Shown here piece by piece: positions 7,789 through 15,709 of a stretch of DNA of 64,000 nucleotides. The position numbers and the translations under genes are program-made. This DNA is from Elusimicrobia bacterium HGW-Elusimicrobia-3 (GTDB lineage Bacteria; Elusimicrobiota; Elusimicrobia; Elusimicrobiales; UBA9959): NCBI GenBank assembly GCA_002840355.1, contig PHAL01000002.1, positions 108,857 to 172,856 on the forward strand, read 5' to 3'. How positions within the stretch are numbered: position 1 is the first letter of the stretch; each line of letters begins with the position of its first letter. The notes below the pieces were generated by a model. That model searched no databases and was not told where the DNA came from. It saw only the letters and a list, made by a program, of their open reading frames with translations.

Positions 7789-8979
7789 ATGAACATTAAG
7801 ACAATAGTAGCGGGCCTTTTAACAGGGATGGTCCTGTTATTGGCCCCGGCGGTTTATGCCGCGGACAACGGCACCGAGTTCGGTATAGAGGACGACCTGA
7901 CCGTGCTGGGTACCGGGGGGGCGGTTACACCGGCCGACCCGGACCTGGAGGTTAAGGGGTTCACTGTGTTCGGCTCCACGCAGACGGCCTATACCGGCCT
8001 GGCGGCGCCGGCGGCCGGCGACGTGGTGGTCAACGGCTACCTGGCCGTGTCCTCCGGGGCCTACTTCGTGGGCGGTTCCACGTTCGCCGCGGGCGGGGCT
8101 TACTTCACCGGGGTCAGCAGCTTCTCCAATGTCGCCAACGTGCATTTCGGCGGCGGCGTGGCGGGGCAGGTGCTCTCCAAGCAGGCGGGCGGGGGCATGC
8201 AGTGGACTAATGTCTCGGAAATGGTGTCCGGAGACAACCTGGGCAGCCACATCGCCACTACCACGCTGAACATGGCGGCGCACGACCTCGAGGATGCCGG
8301 ATATGTAACCGCCTCCAGCGCGGCCCTGAGCGGGCAGCTGGTTGTATACGGCACCTCCACCCTGACCGGCAATACCGGCGTGGGCGGCACGCTGGGCGTG
8401 ACCGGGGCGGCTGCCTTGAACGGCAACATCGCTCTCGGCGACGCGGCATCCGACATAGTGACCGTCAACGGGCAGTCCAGTTTCGTCGCGGGCTCGACCT
8501 TCTCCGCCGGCGCTTACTTCACCGACATAAGCAGCTTCAGCGACGTGGCGAAGGTCCACTTCGGCGGCGGCGCGCCTGACCAGGTGCTTAAGAAGGCGGC
8601 GGGCGGAGGCATGCAGTGGACTAATGTCTCGGACATGGTGTCCGGAGACAACCTGGGCAGCCACATCGCCACTACCACGCTGCAGATGGCCAATAACGAG
8701 ATCATGGCCGCCGGGCATATCACGGCGTCCAGCGCTACACTGACCGAGACTTTTAACGTCGCCGGGGCGGTGGACTTCGACACCACGCTCAACGTGGACG
8801 GCAGCGCTACATTAAGGGGCAACAACCAGCTAGGCGACGCTTTTACCGACGATCACGGCATAAACGTGGCCGCCGAGGACGGCGTGGCGCTGAAGGTCGC
8901 CGGGGAAGACGTCTCCAACAAGTACGCGGCCAAGTTCTATTCAGGGGCCAACCTGGCCGCCTGGATAAAGAAGAAGTAA
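7789..8979 (+). CDS. secreted fibre-family protein (internal 138-aa duplication, GDNLGSHIATTTL motif x2)
   Basis: Signal peptide MNIKTIVAGLLTGMVLLLAPAVYA. The N-terminal module (EDDLTVLG...DPDLEVKGFTVFGSTQ...VVVNGYLAVSSGAYFV) is shared with the 15710 gene. GGAGG lies before the ATG. Confidence 0.8.
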   Translation: MNIKTIVAGLLTGMVLLLAPAVYAADNGTEFGIEDDLTVLGTGGAVTPADPDLEVKGFTVFGSTQTAYTGLAAPAAGDVVVNGYLAVSSGAYFVGGSTFAAGGAYFTGVSSFSNVANVHFGGGVAGQVLSKQAGGGMQWTNVSEMVSGDNLGSHIATTTLNMAAHDLEDAGYVTASSAALSGQLVVYGTSTLTGNTGVGGTLGVTGAAALNGNIALGDAASDIVTVNGQSSFVAGSTFSAGAYFTDISSFSDVAKVHFGGGAPDQVLKKAAGGGMQWTNVSDMVSGDNLGSHIATTTLQMANNEIMAAGHITASSATLTETFNVAGAVDFDTTLNVDGSATLRGNNQLGDAFTDDHGINVAAEDGVALKVAGEDVSNKYAAKFYSGANLAAWIKKK

Positions 8980-9005
8980 GCGCGGGTTCATACTCCTCCT
9001 GCAGT

Positions 9006-9028
9006 CCCGCCGGGATAGGCCCGGCGGG
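9006..9028 (+). other. intergenic GC stem-loop (CCCGCCGGG-ATAGG-CCCGGCGGG)
   Basis: A perfect 9-bp inverted repeat lies between the 7789 and 9045 genes. No U-tract follows, so a terminator function is uncertain. Confidence 0.35.
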
Positions 9029-9044
9029 AAGAGGTAAAGATAAT

Positions 9045-10379
9045 ATGAAAAAGGTCGAGACGCTGAAAACGCTGGCAAACAGGCTCTTTAATGGGCTTGC
9101 CGGTGCTTTCTTTGTCTTTGCCTTGCTCTCCGCGTGCCTGCCGGCGGTTATAAACGCCGAGGTCCCGGTGAAGTTCACTTACCAGGGCAACCTGCGGCAG
9201 AACGGCTTCCTTGTGAACGGCCAGCGCCCCATGGTGTTCCGCATCTATGCCTCCTCCATTTCGGCCGCGGAGCTTTGGACCAGCCCTGCCTACGATGTCA
9301 GTCTTTCCACCGGTGTCTTCCGCGTTACCCTTGAGCCAGCTACCATCACAGATTGGCAGACCGGCAGCCTGTGGTTAGAACTCGAGATAGAAGGCAACCG
9401 CATGTCGCCAAGGGAAGAATTAACCTCCTCCCCCTATGCCATAAACAGTCTTATGCTTTCCGGCAAGCGCTACAGCACTTCGGCCTCAGAGCCGACGGCT
9501 TCGGTCCCCGGCGAACTCTGGTTCGATTCGGTCAACAACGTGGTGAAGTTCTGGAACGGGACAATGTGGGTGGACACTTCGGGGGGCGGCATTCCCGGCG
9601 CCCACGCGGCCCTGCACGCGGGCGGCGGCAGTGACCCGATAGTATCATTAGGCACGCATGCTGTAACCGGCTACATCACGGTCTCGTCTTCCGTGACGGC
9701 TGGCTGGTATTACGGCGACGGCTCCGGTATTTATAACCTCAACGCTTCGGCTATCAGCTACGGCTACCTTTCCGGCGACCGCATCGGCAGCGTGATAGTA
9801 TCAACGCACATCGTGGACGGCTCCATACAGGCGCAGGATATAGCCGACAATACCATTACTCGCGCCAAGCTGAACCAGTCGGGTTGCGCCAGCGGCGAGA
9901 TTCTGCAGTGGGGCGGCTCCGAGTGGGTCTGCGGCAGCGGCGCGGCCGCCGGCCTGGAGGTAGACCCGCTTTCCATACACAACCAGGACACACTGCAAGT
10001 CGGAACGACTTTCTATGTATCCTCGGGTACGGCCAACGATCTAAACGTAATTAATACCCTTAAGGTGGAAGGCACAGCGTTCATAAAGGGCGCGCCGGGC
10101 CAGCAGGGCCTCTCCGTGGATGCGACCGGCAATGTGGGCATAGGCGTGGCGGGCGCCTCCGCCAGGCTGGAAGTGCGCGGCGAGGATACCCAGGCCTACA
10201 GCCTGGCCGTGGGCACCGGCACCGCACACCAGGTGGTGGTATCCACATCAGGCGCGGTCGGCATAGGTACCGAAACCCCGCGAGCCAAGGTGGAGGTAAG
10301 CGGCGGCGAGGACTCCGGAGAGTACATAATGATCTTCAACTCCGGCACAAAGCTGGCGGCCTGGCTGAGGAATAAATAG
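9045..10379 (+). CDS. secreted fibre-family protein
   Basis: Signal/TM segment (LAGAFFVFALLSACLPAVINA). It has YYGDGSGIYNL and GNVGIGV...ARLEV / GAVGIGTETPRAKVEV segments. The C-terminal ...FNSGTKLAAWLRNK parallels ...FYSGANLAAWIKKK of the 7789 gene. Confidence 0.8.
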   Translation: MKKVETLKTLANRLFNGLAGAFFVFALLSACLPAVINAEVPVKFTYQGNLRQNGFLVNGQRPMVFRIYASSISAAELWTSPAYDVSLSTGVFRVTLEPATITDWQTGSLWLELEIEGNRMSPREELTSSPYAINSLMLSGKRYSTSASEPTASVPGELWFDSVNNVVKFWNGTMWVDTSGGGIPGAHAALHAGGGSDPIVSLGTHAVTGYITVSSSVTAGWYYGDGSGIYNLNASAISYGYLSGDRIGSVIVSTHIVDGSIQAQDIADNTITRAKLNQSGCASGEILQWGGSEWVCGSGAAAGLEVDPLSIHNQDTLQVGTTFYVSSGTANDLNVINTLKVEGTAFIKGAPGQQGLSVDATGNVGIGVAGASARLEVRGEDTQAYSLAVGTGTAHQVVVSTSGAVGIGTETPRAKVEVSGGEDSGEYIMIFNSGTKLAAWLRNK

Positions 10380-10506
10380 GAGCCCTCGGGGTTGGGCCAG
10401 TTCTTTTGGGTATATAATACGTTCCCCTCCCGCCCGCGCTTTTCTGGACGCTCACGCCTATAGGCTCAGGGATAAAGATTACGACCTTCTCATCCTGGAC
10501 GTCAAC

Positions 10507-10836
10507 ATGCCCAAGATGAACGGGTACAAGGTCTCGGAGATCCTGCACGAGAAATTGCCCTCGCCGCCCAAAGTGCTGATCTTCACCGGCCGTGACCTGG
10601 AGCAGAAAAAACTGCAGTTCGTCTGTTCCGACGCGGACGCCATTCTTAACAAGGGCACCGGCAACGACAAGCTGATCGAGACCATAGAGGGCCTGTTCGG
10701 CGGGAAACCCGCCGCCCCGCAGCCTGCGGCGCCGCCCCAGCTTACGCCGGAGCCGCCCCCGCAAACCCCGGTACCGCCCGCGGCCGCCGGGGCGAAACCG
10801 GCTTGTCGGATGTGCGGCGTGTGCTTGGGCATATAG
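10507..10836 (+). CDS. receiver-domain fragment (N-terminally truncated response regulator) with Pro-rich tail
   Basis: The frame is open only from 10369, after an in-frame TGA at 10366-10368. It reads ...GYIIRSPPARAFLDAHAYRLRDKDYDLLILDVNMPKMNGYKV...VLIFTG. Beta1/alpha1 with the acidic pair cannot be encoded. Confidence 0.6.
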   Translation: MPKMNGYKVSEILHEKLPSPPKVLIFTGRDLEQKKLQFVCSDADAILNKGTGNDKLIETIEGLFGGKPAAPQPAAPPQLTPEPPPQTPVPPAAAGAKPACRMCGVCLGI

Positions 10837-11021
10837 AACTAGACTACACGCAGTTGGAGGGGCAGTTCGAAAAGCAAGCGGCGAAGGCGCTGGAAGCGAA
10901 TAGGCAGACCACGCTGAGGTTGGTAGCGGAGTGGCAGAGTCTCAGGACCCTCGTGGCGGTCAGCGTCCTTTTTATGCTGCTCTGTATGCTCTTCCTGCTG
11001 ATGTCGCGCCCATTGTCTTGA
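10803..11021 (+). CDS. small coiled-coil protein with C-terminal TM helix (uncertain)
   Basis: 72 aa, overlapping the end of the receiver fragment in another frame: ...QLEGQFEKQAAKALEANRQTTLRLVAEWQSLRTLVAVSVLFMLLCMLFLLM. It may be the frameshifted C-terminus of the receiver gene. Confidence 0.3.
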   Translation: MSDVRRVLGHIELDYTQLEGQFEKQAAKALEANRQTTLRLVAEWQSLRTLVAVSVLFMLLCMLFLLMSRPLS

Positions 11022-11069
11022 AAATATATTTAGTGGAAAAGCTCCCCGCCATGGCGATAAACTCTTAAA

Positions 11070-11465
11070 GTGGCCAATAAAATACTGATAATAGAGGACG
11101 ACTGGGATTTTCAGGCAATGATCTCCGCTTTCCTTTGCGAGCAGGGCTTTGACGTGGAGAGCGCGGACAACGGGAAGATAGGCATAAAGAAGGCTCTCTG
11201 TTCACGTCCGGACCTGATACTGATGGATTATTCGCTCGGCGACATGAACGGCAATGACGCCGCTTTCTGGCTGGACCACATGAAAGGGACCCGGACAATC
11301 CCGGTAATACTGCTCTCGGCCATGGGCGGGGATCCGGAGGTGGCGGAGGAATTTAAGAAATTCCCGGTATGCCGCGGCGTCCTGTCCAAGACTTTGCCGT
11401 TGGCCGAAATTCTAGACACCATCAAAGCCGTGATAGCCAAAGGCGCCATCCCTTACCATAAGTGA
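11070..11465 (+). CDS. single-domain response regulator (GTG start)
   Basis: ANKILIIEDDWD, DLILMDYSLGDMNG, VILLSAM. Clear paralog of the 32207 gene. Confidence 0.85.
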   Translation: MANKILIIEDDWDFQAMISAFLCEQGFDVESADNGKIGIKKALCSRPDLILMDYSLGDMNGNDAAFWLDHMKGTRTIPVILLSAMGGDPEVAEEFKKFPVCRGVLSKTLPLAEILDTIKAVIAKGAIPYHK

Positions 11466-11592
11466 GCCCGGACCCGCCGGCAAAGCGGGCGCAGTCTTGA
11501 AATGAAAACACTGAACCTTTTGACTTCGCGCGTATAGCGCTGGAACTGCAGCGGGCGGGCGCCTGGCCGGTCCGCGGTAAGCAGGGGGACTT

Positions 11593-11952
11593 GTGCAGCC
11601 GGAAAGTATAGAAACCTTCATCGACCCCATAATCGCTGTATGCCGCGAGCAGTTTCCTCGCAAGTGCGGCAACTGCGGCCGCGAATTCTCCGATTTTCAG
11701 GACTTCGCGGCGAATACCCGCCCGTTCGGGGCATTGCTGCCCACTTACCTTCGGGATGACCTGTTCGGGGCCATCTCATACGTCAACTGCCTATGCGGCA
11801 ACACCATAACCCTTGAATGCGTTGATGCCGCCGTTAACGGCCGCCTGGCTGAGGCTATACTCCGGGAGGCCGTGATCTGCGGCCGCCCTGTCAGGGCCAT
11901 ACTGATGGACCTGAGGGCGGAAGTGCGCCGCCGGGTGCTGGGCGCGGCGTGA
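11593..11952 (+). CDS. Cys-rich hypothetical protein (possible zinc ribbon), GTG start
   Basis: 119 aa with CGNCG...VNCLCG...C spacing. It lies between a receiver gene and an HK/RR pair. Confidence 0.45.
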   Translation: MQPESIETFIDPIIAVCREQFPRKCGNCGREFSDFQDFAANTRPFGALLPTYLRDDLFGAISYVNCLCGNTITLECVDAAVNGRLAEAILREAVICGRPVRAILMDLRAEVRRRVLGAA

Positions 11953-12072
11953 CGCCGCGCCCCCGGCAACAGGGCTCACCCCTGTCGCTGGCTCTGCTGC
12001 TTTTTCGGCCGGGGCTGGTAGTCGCGGCCTTCGTACAGGGGGGGATAGCAGCGGCCAGCGGCGGAGCACTAT

Positions 12073-12115
12073 TCGTTATTTCTTCGGGATTCAGGGGCGG
12101 GATACGCGTATAATG
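12073..12115 (+). promoter_or_regulatory. putative promoter/operator, motif copy C (TTCGTTATTTCTTCGGGATTCAG-N14-TATAAT)
   Basis: The 23-mer at 12073-12095 matches copy D at 22 of 23 positions. TATAAT at 12110-12115 lies 16 nt after GGGATTC. It is 35 nt upstream of the ATG at 12150. Confidence 0.6.
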
Positions 12116-12149
12116 CATATGGAGTCATAATATCGGACAGGCGGTAGGA

Positions 12150-13553
12150 ATGAAGACATCTTTCAGGCTGGGTCTAATTGTGTTGGGCGCCGCGCTGGCG
12201 CCGGCGCTGGTATTGTATTTCTGCGCTTTCAGGACCGGTCTCGAACTGCGCTATGCACTGGCACTCGCGGCGGGCGCGGCTATCTTTTCCTCTATGGCCG
12301 GGGCCGGGCTGATAATGGCCGGTATAGCCCTGCCCATGTCCAGGGCAGGCGCGTGTATTAAAAAATTTATTTCAGGCGGTTACAAATTGGAGTCGCCTAT
12401 CGCGAAAGCGGGCTGGCCTGAGGCCAGGGAGCACGTTTCTTCACTTAACCGCGTGCTGCTGGAGTTGAACGCCTTCCGCTCTTTTCAGATCAACCAGGCT
12501 ATAGAGGAGCGCGCCAAGGCGGAGGCCCTGCTGGAAACGATAACGGACGGGGTGCTGCTCGTGGATGACCAGGCAAGGATGATACATTGCAACAGACGCG
12601 CGCTGGAATTACTTGGACTGCCAGAGGCCGGCGCGGTAGTATTGCCGGATTCCGCCGGACAAAAGGAATTCATAGAACCGCTGCGCGAGGTGCTGGCCTC
12701 GGGGGAGAAGAACGCCAGGGTCGATATCTCCATCCGGACGGAGGGCGAGGAAGAAGGGGCGCAACGCAGTTTCAGGCTGATCTCGCGTCAATTCCTGCTG
12801 GCTACCTTTAAGCGCCCCGGCCGCGTGATAATCATACGCGACGTTAGCCTGGAGAAGGAGATAGAGGGCGCCAGGGAAACCTTCTTTCACATGATAACGC
12901 ACGATATGCGCGCGCCTATCTGCAGCATACAGGGCTATACCGAACTTATGCAGAAGCAGCGCCCATCAACCCAGAATTCAGAGCGATATCTCGACGCTAT
13001 AATGCGCTCTTCGGACAGGCTTAAAGGCATGGTGGAAGATATACTGAACATGATAAAACTGGAGCGGGGGGAAATGCGGCTGGCCTCGGTCAGCATAGAC
13101 GGCGGCGAACTCTGCGCCCGCATGTTCGAACTGCATCAGCCGCTGGCGGAACGGCGGAAGATCACACTTTCGGTTCCTCCTCCCTCCGGGGAGAAAGTCG
13201 TCTTCAACGGGGATATAGCCTTGTTGGAGCGCGTGGTGGCCAATTTGGTGGGCAATGCCCTGAAATTTACGCCCACCGGAGGCGCGGTTAGATTTAGTTG
13301 CCATGCCAAGGGGACGGACGCGCTGTTCAAGGTGGAAGACTCCGGCCCCGGCGTGCCGGAGACGATGCGCGAGGAGATATTCAAGAAACACTTCCAGCAG
13401 GAGGAGCATAAGCACATGGGGTTCGGCCTGGGCCTGGCCATGTGCAAGATGGCCGTGGAACTGCACGGCGGGCGTATCTGGGCCGACGCCGGAACGGAGC
13501 GGGGCGCCGTTTTCGCTTTCACTATTCCGTTAAAGGACGCATGCAATGCCTAA
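12150..13553 (+). CDS. sensor histidine kinase
   Basis: Two N-terminal TM helices, a PAS-like region, the H-box FFHMITHDMRAPICSI, an N-box (NLVGNALKFT) and G-boxes (DSGPGV, GFGLGLA). Confidence 0.9.
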   Translation: MKTSFRLGLIVLGAALAPALVLYFCAFRTGLELRYALALAAGAAIFSSMAGAGLIMAGIALPMSRAGACIKKFISGGYKLESPIAKAGWPEAREHVSSLNRVLLELNAFRSFQINQAIEERAKAEALLETITDGVLLVDDQARMIHCNRRALELLGLPEAGAVVLPDSAGQKEFIEPLREVLASGEKNARVDISIRTEGEEEGAQRSFRLISRQFLLATFKRPGRVIIIRDVSLEKEIEGARETFFHMITHDMRAPICSIQGYTELMQKQRPSTQNSERYLDAIMRSSDRLKGMVEDILNMIKLERGEMRLASVSIDGGELCARMFELHQPLAERRKITLSVPPPSGEKVVFNGDIALLERVVANLVGNALKFTPTGGAVRFSCHAKGTDALFKVEDSGPGVPETMREEIFKKHFQQEEHKHMGFGLGLAMCKMAVELHGGRIWADAGTERGAVFAFTIPLKDACNA

Positions 13554-13956
13554 AGCGCTCATAGTCGACGACGAACCGGCGATACAGCAATTGTTCCGGT
13601 ATGTATTGGAGGAAGCGGAGTTCGAGGTGCAGGTGGCCCAGAACGGTCTGGAAGGCTTATCGGCGCTGGCTTCCGGTCCGGTGGACATCATGCTGCTGGA
13701 CGTTTCCATGCCGGAGATGGACGGGCGGCAGTTCGTGACCGAGATTATGCGCCGTTCCGCGCGCGATAGCAGGCTGGCCGAGATCCCTTTTATAGTCATG
13801 ACCGGGGAAAACTTCATGGAAAGCGGGCTTAACCGGACCTTCTCCGCCGCGCCGGGATTCGTCTGTTTCCTGCCCAAGATGACCCCCCCGGAGACAGTGC
13901 TGGAAAAAATACGGGAAGCTATGTCCCCGCCGTCTTCCTCTGGCTCCGGCGGGTAG
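13546..13956 (+). CDS. single-domain response regulator
   Basis: ALIVDDEPA, IMLLDVSMPEMDG, FIVMTG. It overlaps the HK gene by 8 nt. Confidence 0.85.
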   Translation: MPKALIVDDEPAIQQLFRYVLEEAEFEVQVAQNGLEGLSALASGPVDIMLLDVSMPEMDGRQFVTEIMRRSARDSRLAEIPFIVMTGENFMESGLNRTFSAAPGFVCFLPKMTPPETVLEKIREAMSPPSSSGSGG

Positions 13957-14044
13957 GAACCGGCGCGGATCCATATGCGCGCCGTCTTATTCAGAATTCC
14001 CGGCGGTAATCAAGGAATTATCCGAATATCCTTTTGAATATTGT

Positions 14045-14614
14045 ATGGCCGGAAATAAAAAGCTATCAGCGCTGTTTACCCTTTTTCTATCCGCCGCCGG
14101 CGCGCACGCCGGCGGCTTGAGCGTTATCGGGCCATGTTCGGCGGAGCCGGTCTTTGAAAGCAGTTTCGAGATAGGAGGTTCCAGCGTCAGCGCCGGCAAA
14201 GTTTCAGAGGATGTCTTTGCGGCGGCCGGCGTGCCCTATACCGGAGACGGCGACGGTCTCTTGTCCATCATGGACTCGCCTTCGGGCGCGGCGGCGGTGG
14301 AGGTGGTCTCAGGCTCAGAAATGCGGGTTTACGGCTGGTGCTACGCGGTCAACGGCTCCACACCTTCGGTAATGCCCGGCGCTTTCTTTCTACACGATAA
14401 TACCGCCAGAGTGGTATGGTTTTATGCTTACTCCGCTTACAAAGAAGGGGTGTGGGGGGATTCCTGCCTGCCTTCTTACGAGGTCAGGCCTCACCAATTC
14501 TGCGCCGCTACCCGGGCGGGAGCACCGCTCTCCGGGGATATCGCGCCGGCCCTGCGCCCGGCGGGGGTATTGCGCGGCATGCCGGCGCTCGGGGCGCCCG
14601 TTCCACGCGAATAA
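14045..14614 (+). CDS. secreted protein, DUF4430-like
   Basis: Signal peptide LSALFTLFLSAAGAHA. YGWCYAVNGSTPSVMPGAFFLHDNTARVVWFYA resembles the G-W-x-Y-x-V-N-G...W-x-Y signature of DUF4430 (recalled from memory). Confidence 0.5.
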   Translation: MAGNKKLSALFTLFLSAAGAHAGGLSVIGPCSAEPVFESSFEIGGSSVSAGKVSEDVFAAAGVPYTGDGDGLLSIMDSPSGAAAVEVVSGSEMRVYGWCYAVNGSTPSVMPGAFFLHDNTARVVWFYAYSAYKEGVWGDSCLPSYEVRPHQFCAATRAGAPLSGDIAPALRPAGVLRGMPALGAPVPRE

Positions 14615-14731
14615 TAAAATAACGGACCATATCCGGCAAGCCGGGCGCGGGACATCCCCGGCCCGGCATTTCGAGCATGCTCTGAACAATGGGGGAAGGT
14701 CAATTCGGAATTTGTATGTTGCGGGTTAACG

Positions 14732-15583
14732 TTAGAAATCCATGATCTTGGTCACTTTGCATTCAACGCCGAAAAGGGCGGAATCCTTCTCTTTTTCTAT
14801 GACGGAGTAGGTCGCCGCCGTAGAGACGTTCAGCGACAATAAAGGGAAGCAGTTGGAGAGCCCGTGCAAAGAGGCCCTTAAGATCCCCAGTCGCAGGAAG
14901 ATGGGCCGTCCGGAGGAGGCCAGCTCTGTCTGGAAACCGAGTATTCTCTTGCGCAGTTCTGCCGGGAGTATATCCATACGCGGATACTCTATGATCGCGC
15001 CGGCCATGGGGCATTTGTGCGAACCATCCCTCTGGCGCTTGAGCAGTTTAACCGCGGCGAAATCCCGGATCAGTCTCTTCGCCTCGGCCGGCGCAATGCC
15101 GATAGCAGAGGCGAGGGCTTCCGGTTTCCAGCTGCCGGAGTCGTTGTTCAAGGCGGCCCAGCATAAGTAAGAGTTCCTGTCCCTGGTCACGGCTTCCACC
15201 TGCTTGAGATTTATATAGAATTTCTTTTCCGTAAGCAGTTTCGCTACCGCTTTATGAAGTGAGGAGGAAATCGGGGGCTCCTTCGGCAGGGTGATGAGCG
15301 GCGCCAGCAATTGATCAAAGGGCTCATCGCCGAGCGTGGTTTTCAGCCAGGCGGTGATGAATAGTATGGCCTCATAGCTTTCAGGGAACAGACGGAGAGC
15401 GTGCAGATAGCGCTCGAGGTATTTAAAAGGGGGGGTGAGCTTGCCTTGCTCGGTCAGCAGATACATCCGGTAAGAGATCTTGAAGAACGGTTTTCCGCCA
15501 CTGGCGTGGAAGAAATGGTACGCGGTCTTAAAGCCCGCTTGTTTCCGGCATTTGGCGAGGGTTTCCGAGAAAACTGTTGTCAT
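14732..15583 (-). CDS. hypothetical protein with N-terminal HTH-like segment (possible TIGR02147/DUF4423-like regulator)
   Basis: 283 aa with visibly lower GC than its neighbours. LAKCRKQAGFKTAYHFFHASGG...ISYRMYLLTEQGK looks like an XRE-type HTH. It is divergent from the giant fibre gene. Confidence 0.45.
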   Translation of the reverse strand: MTTVFSETLAKCRKQAGFKTAYHFFHASGGKPFFKISYRMYLLTEQGKLTPPFKYLERYLHALRLFPESYEAILFITAWLKTTLGDEPFDQLLAPLITLPKEPPISSSLHKAVAKLLTEKKFYINLKQVEAVTRDRNSYLCWAALNNDSGSWKPEALASAIGIAPAEAKRLIRDFAAVKLLKRQRDGSHKCPMAGAIIEYPRMDILPAELRKRILGFQTELASSGRPIFLRLGILRASLHGLSNCFPLLSLNVSTAATYSVIEKEKDSALFGVECKVTKIMDF

Positions 15584-15709
15584 ACTGTCCTTTGAAAATC
15601 CCCCAGCATTTAACTATATATTCCTCTGTTCGTGGAAGAGGGAGGAAAATACTCCTTATGAACACGAAAATAGCCAGTTGCCCAATCCTAAGCAAACTGG
15701 CTCGCATAC

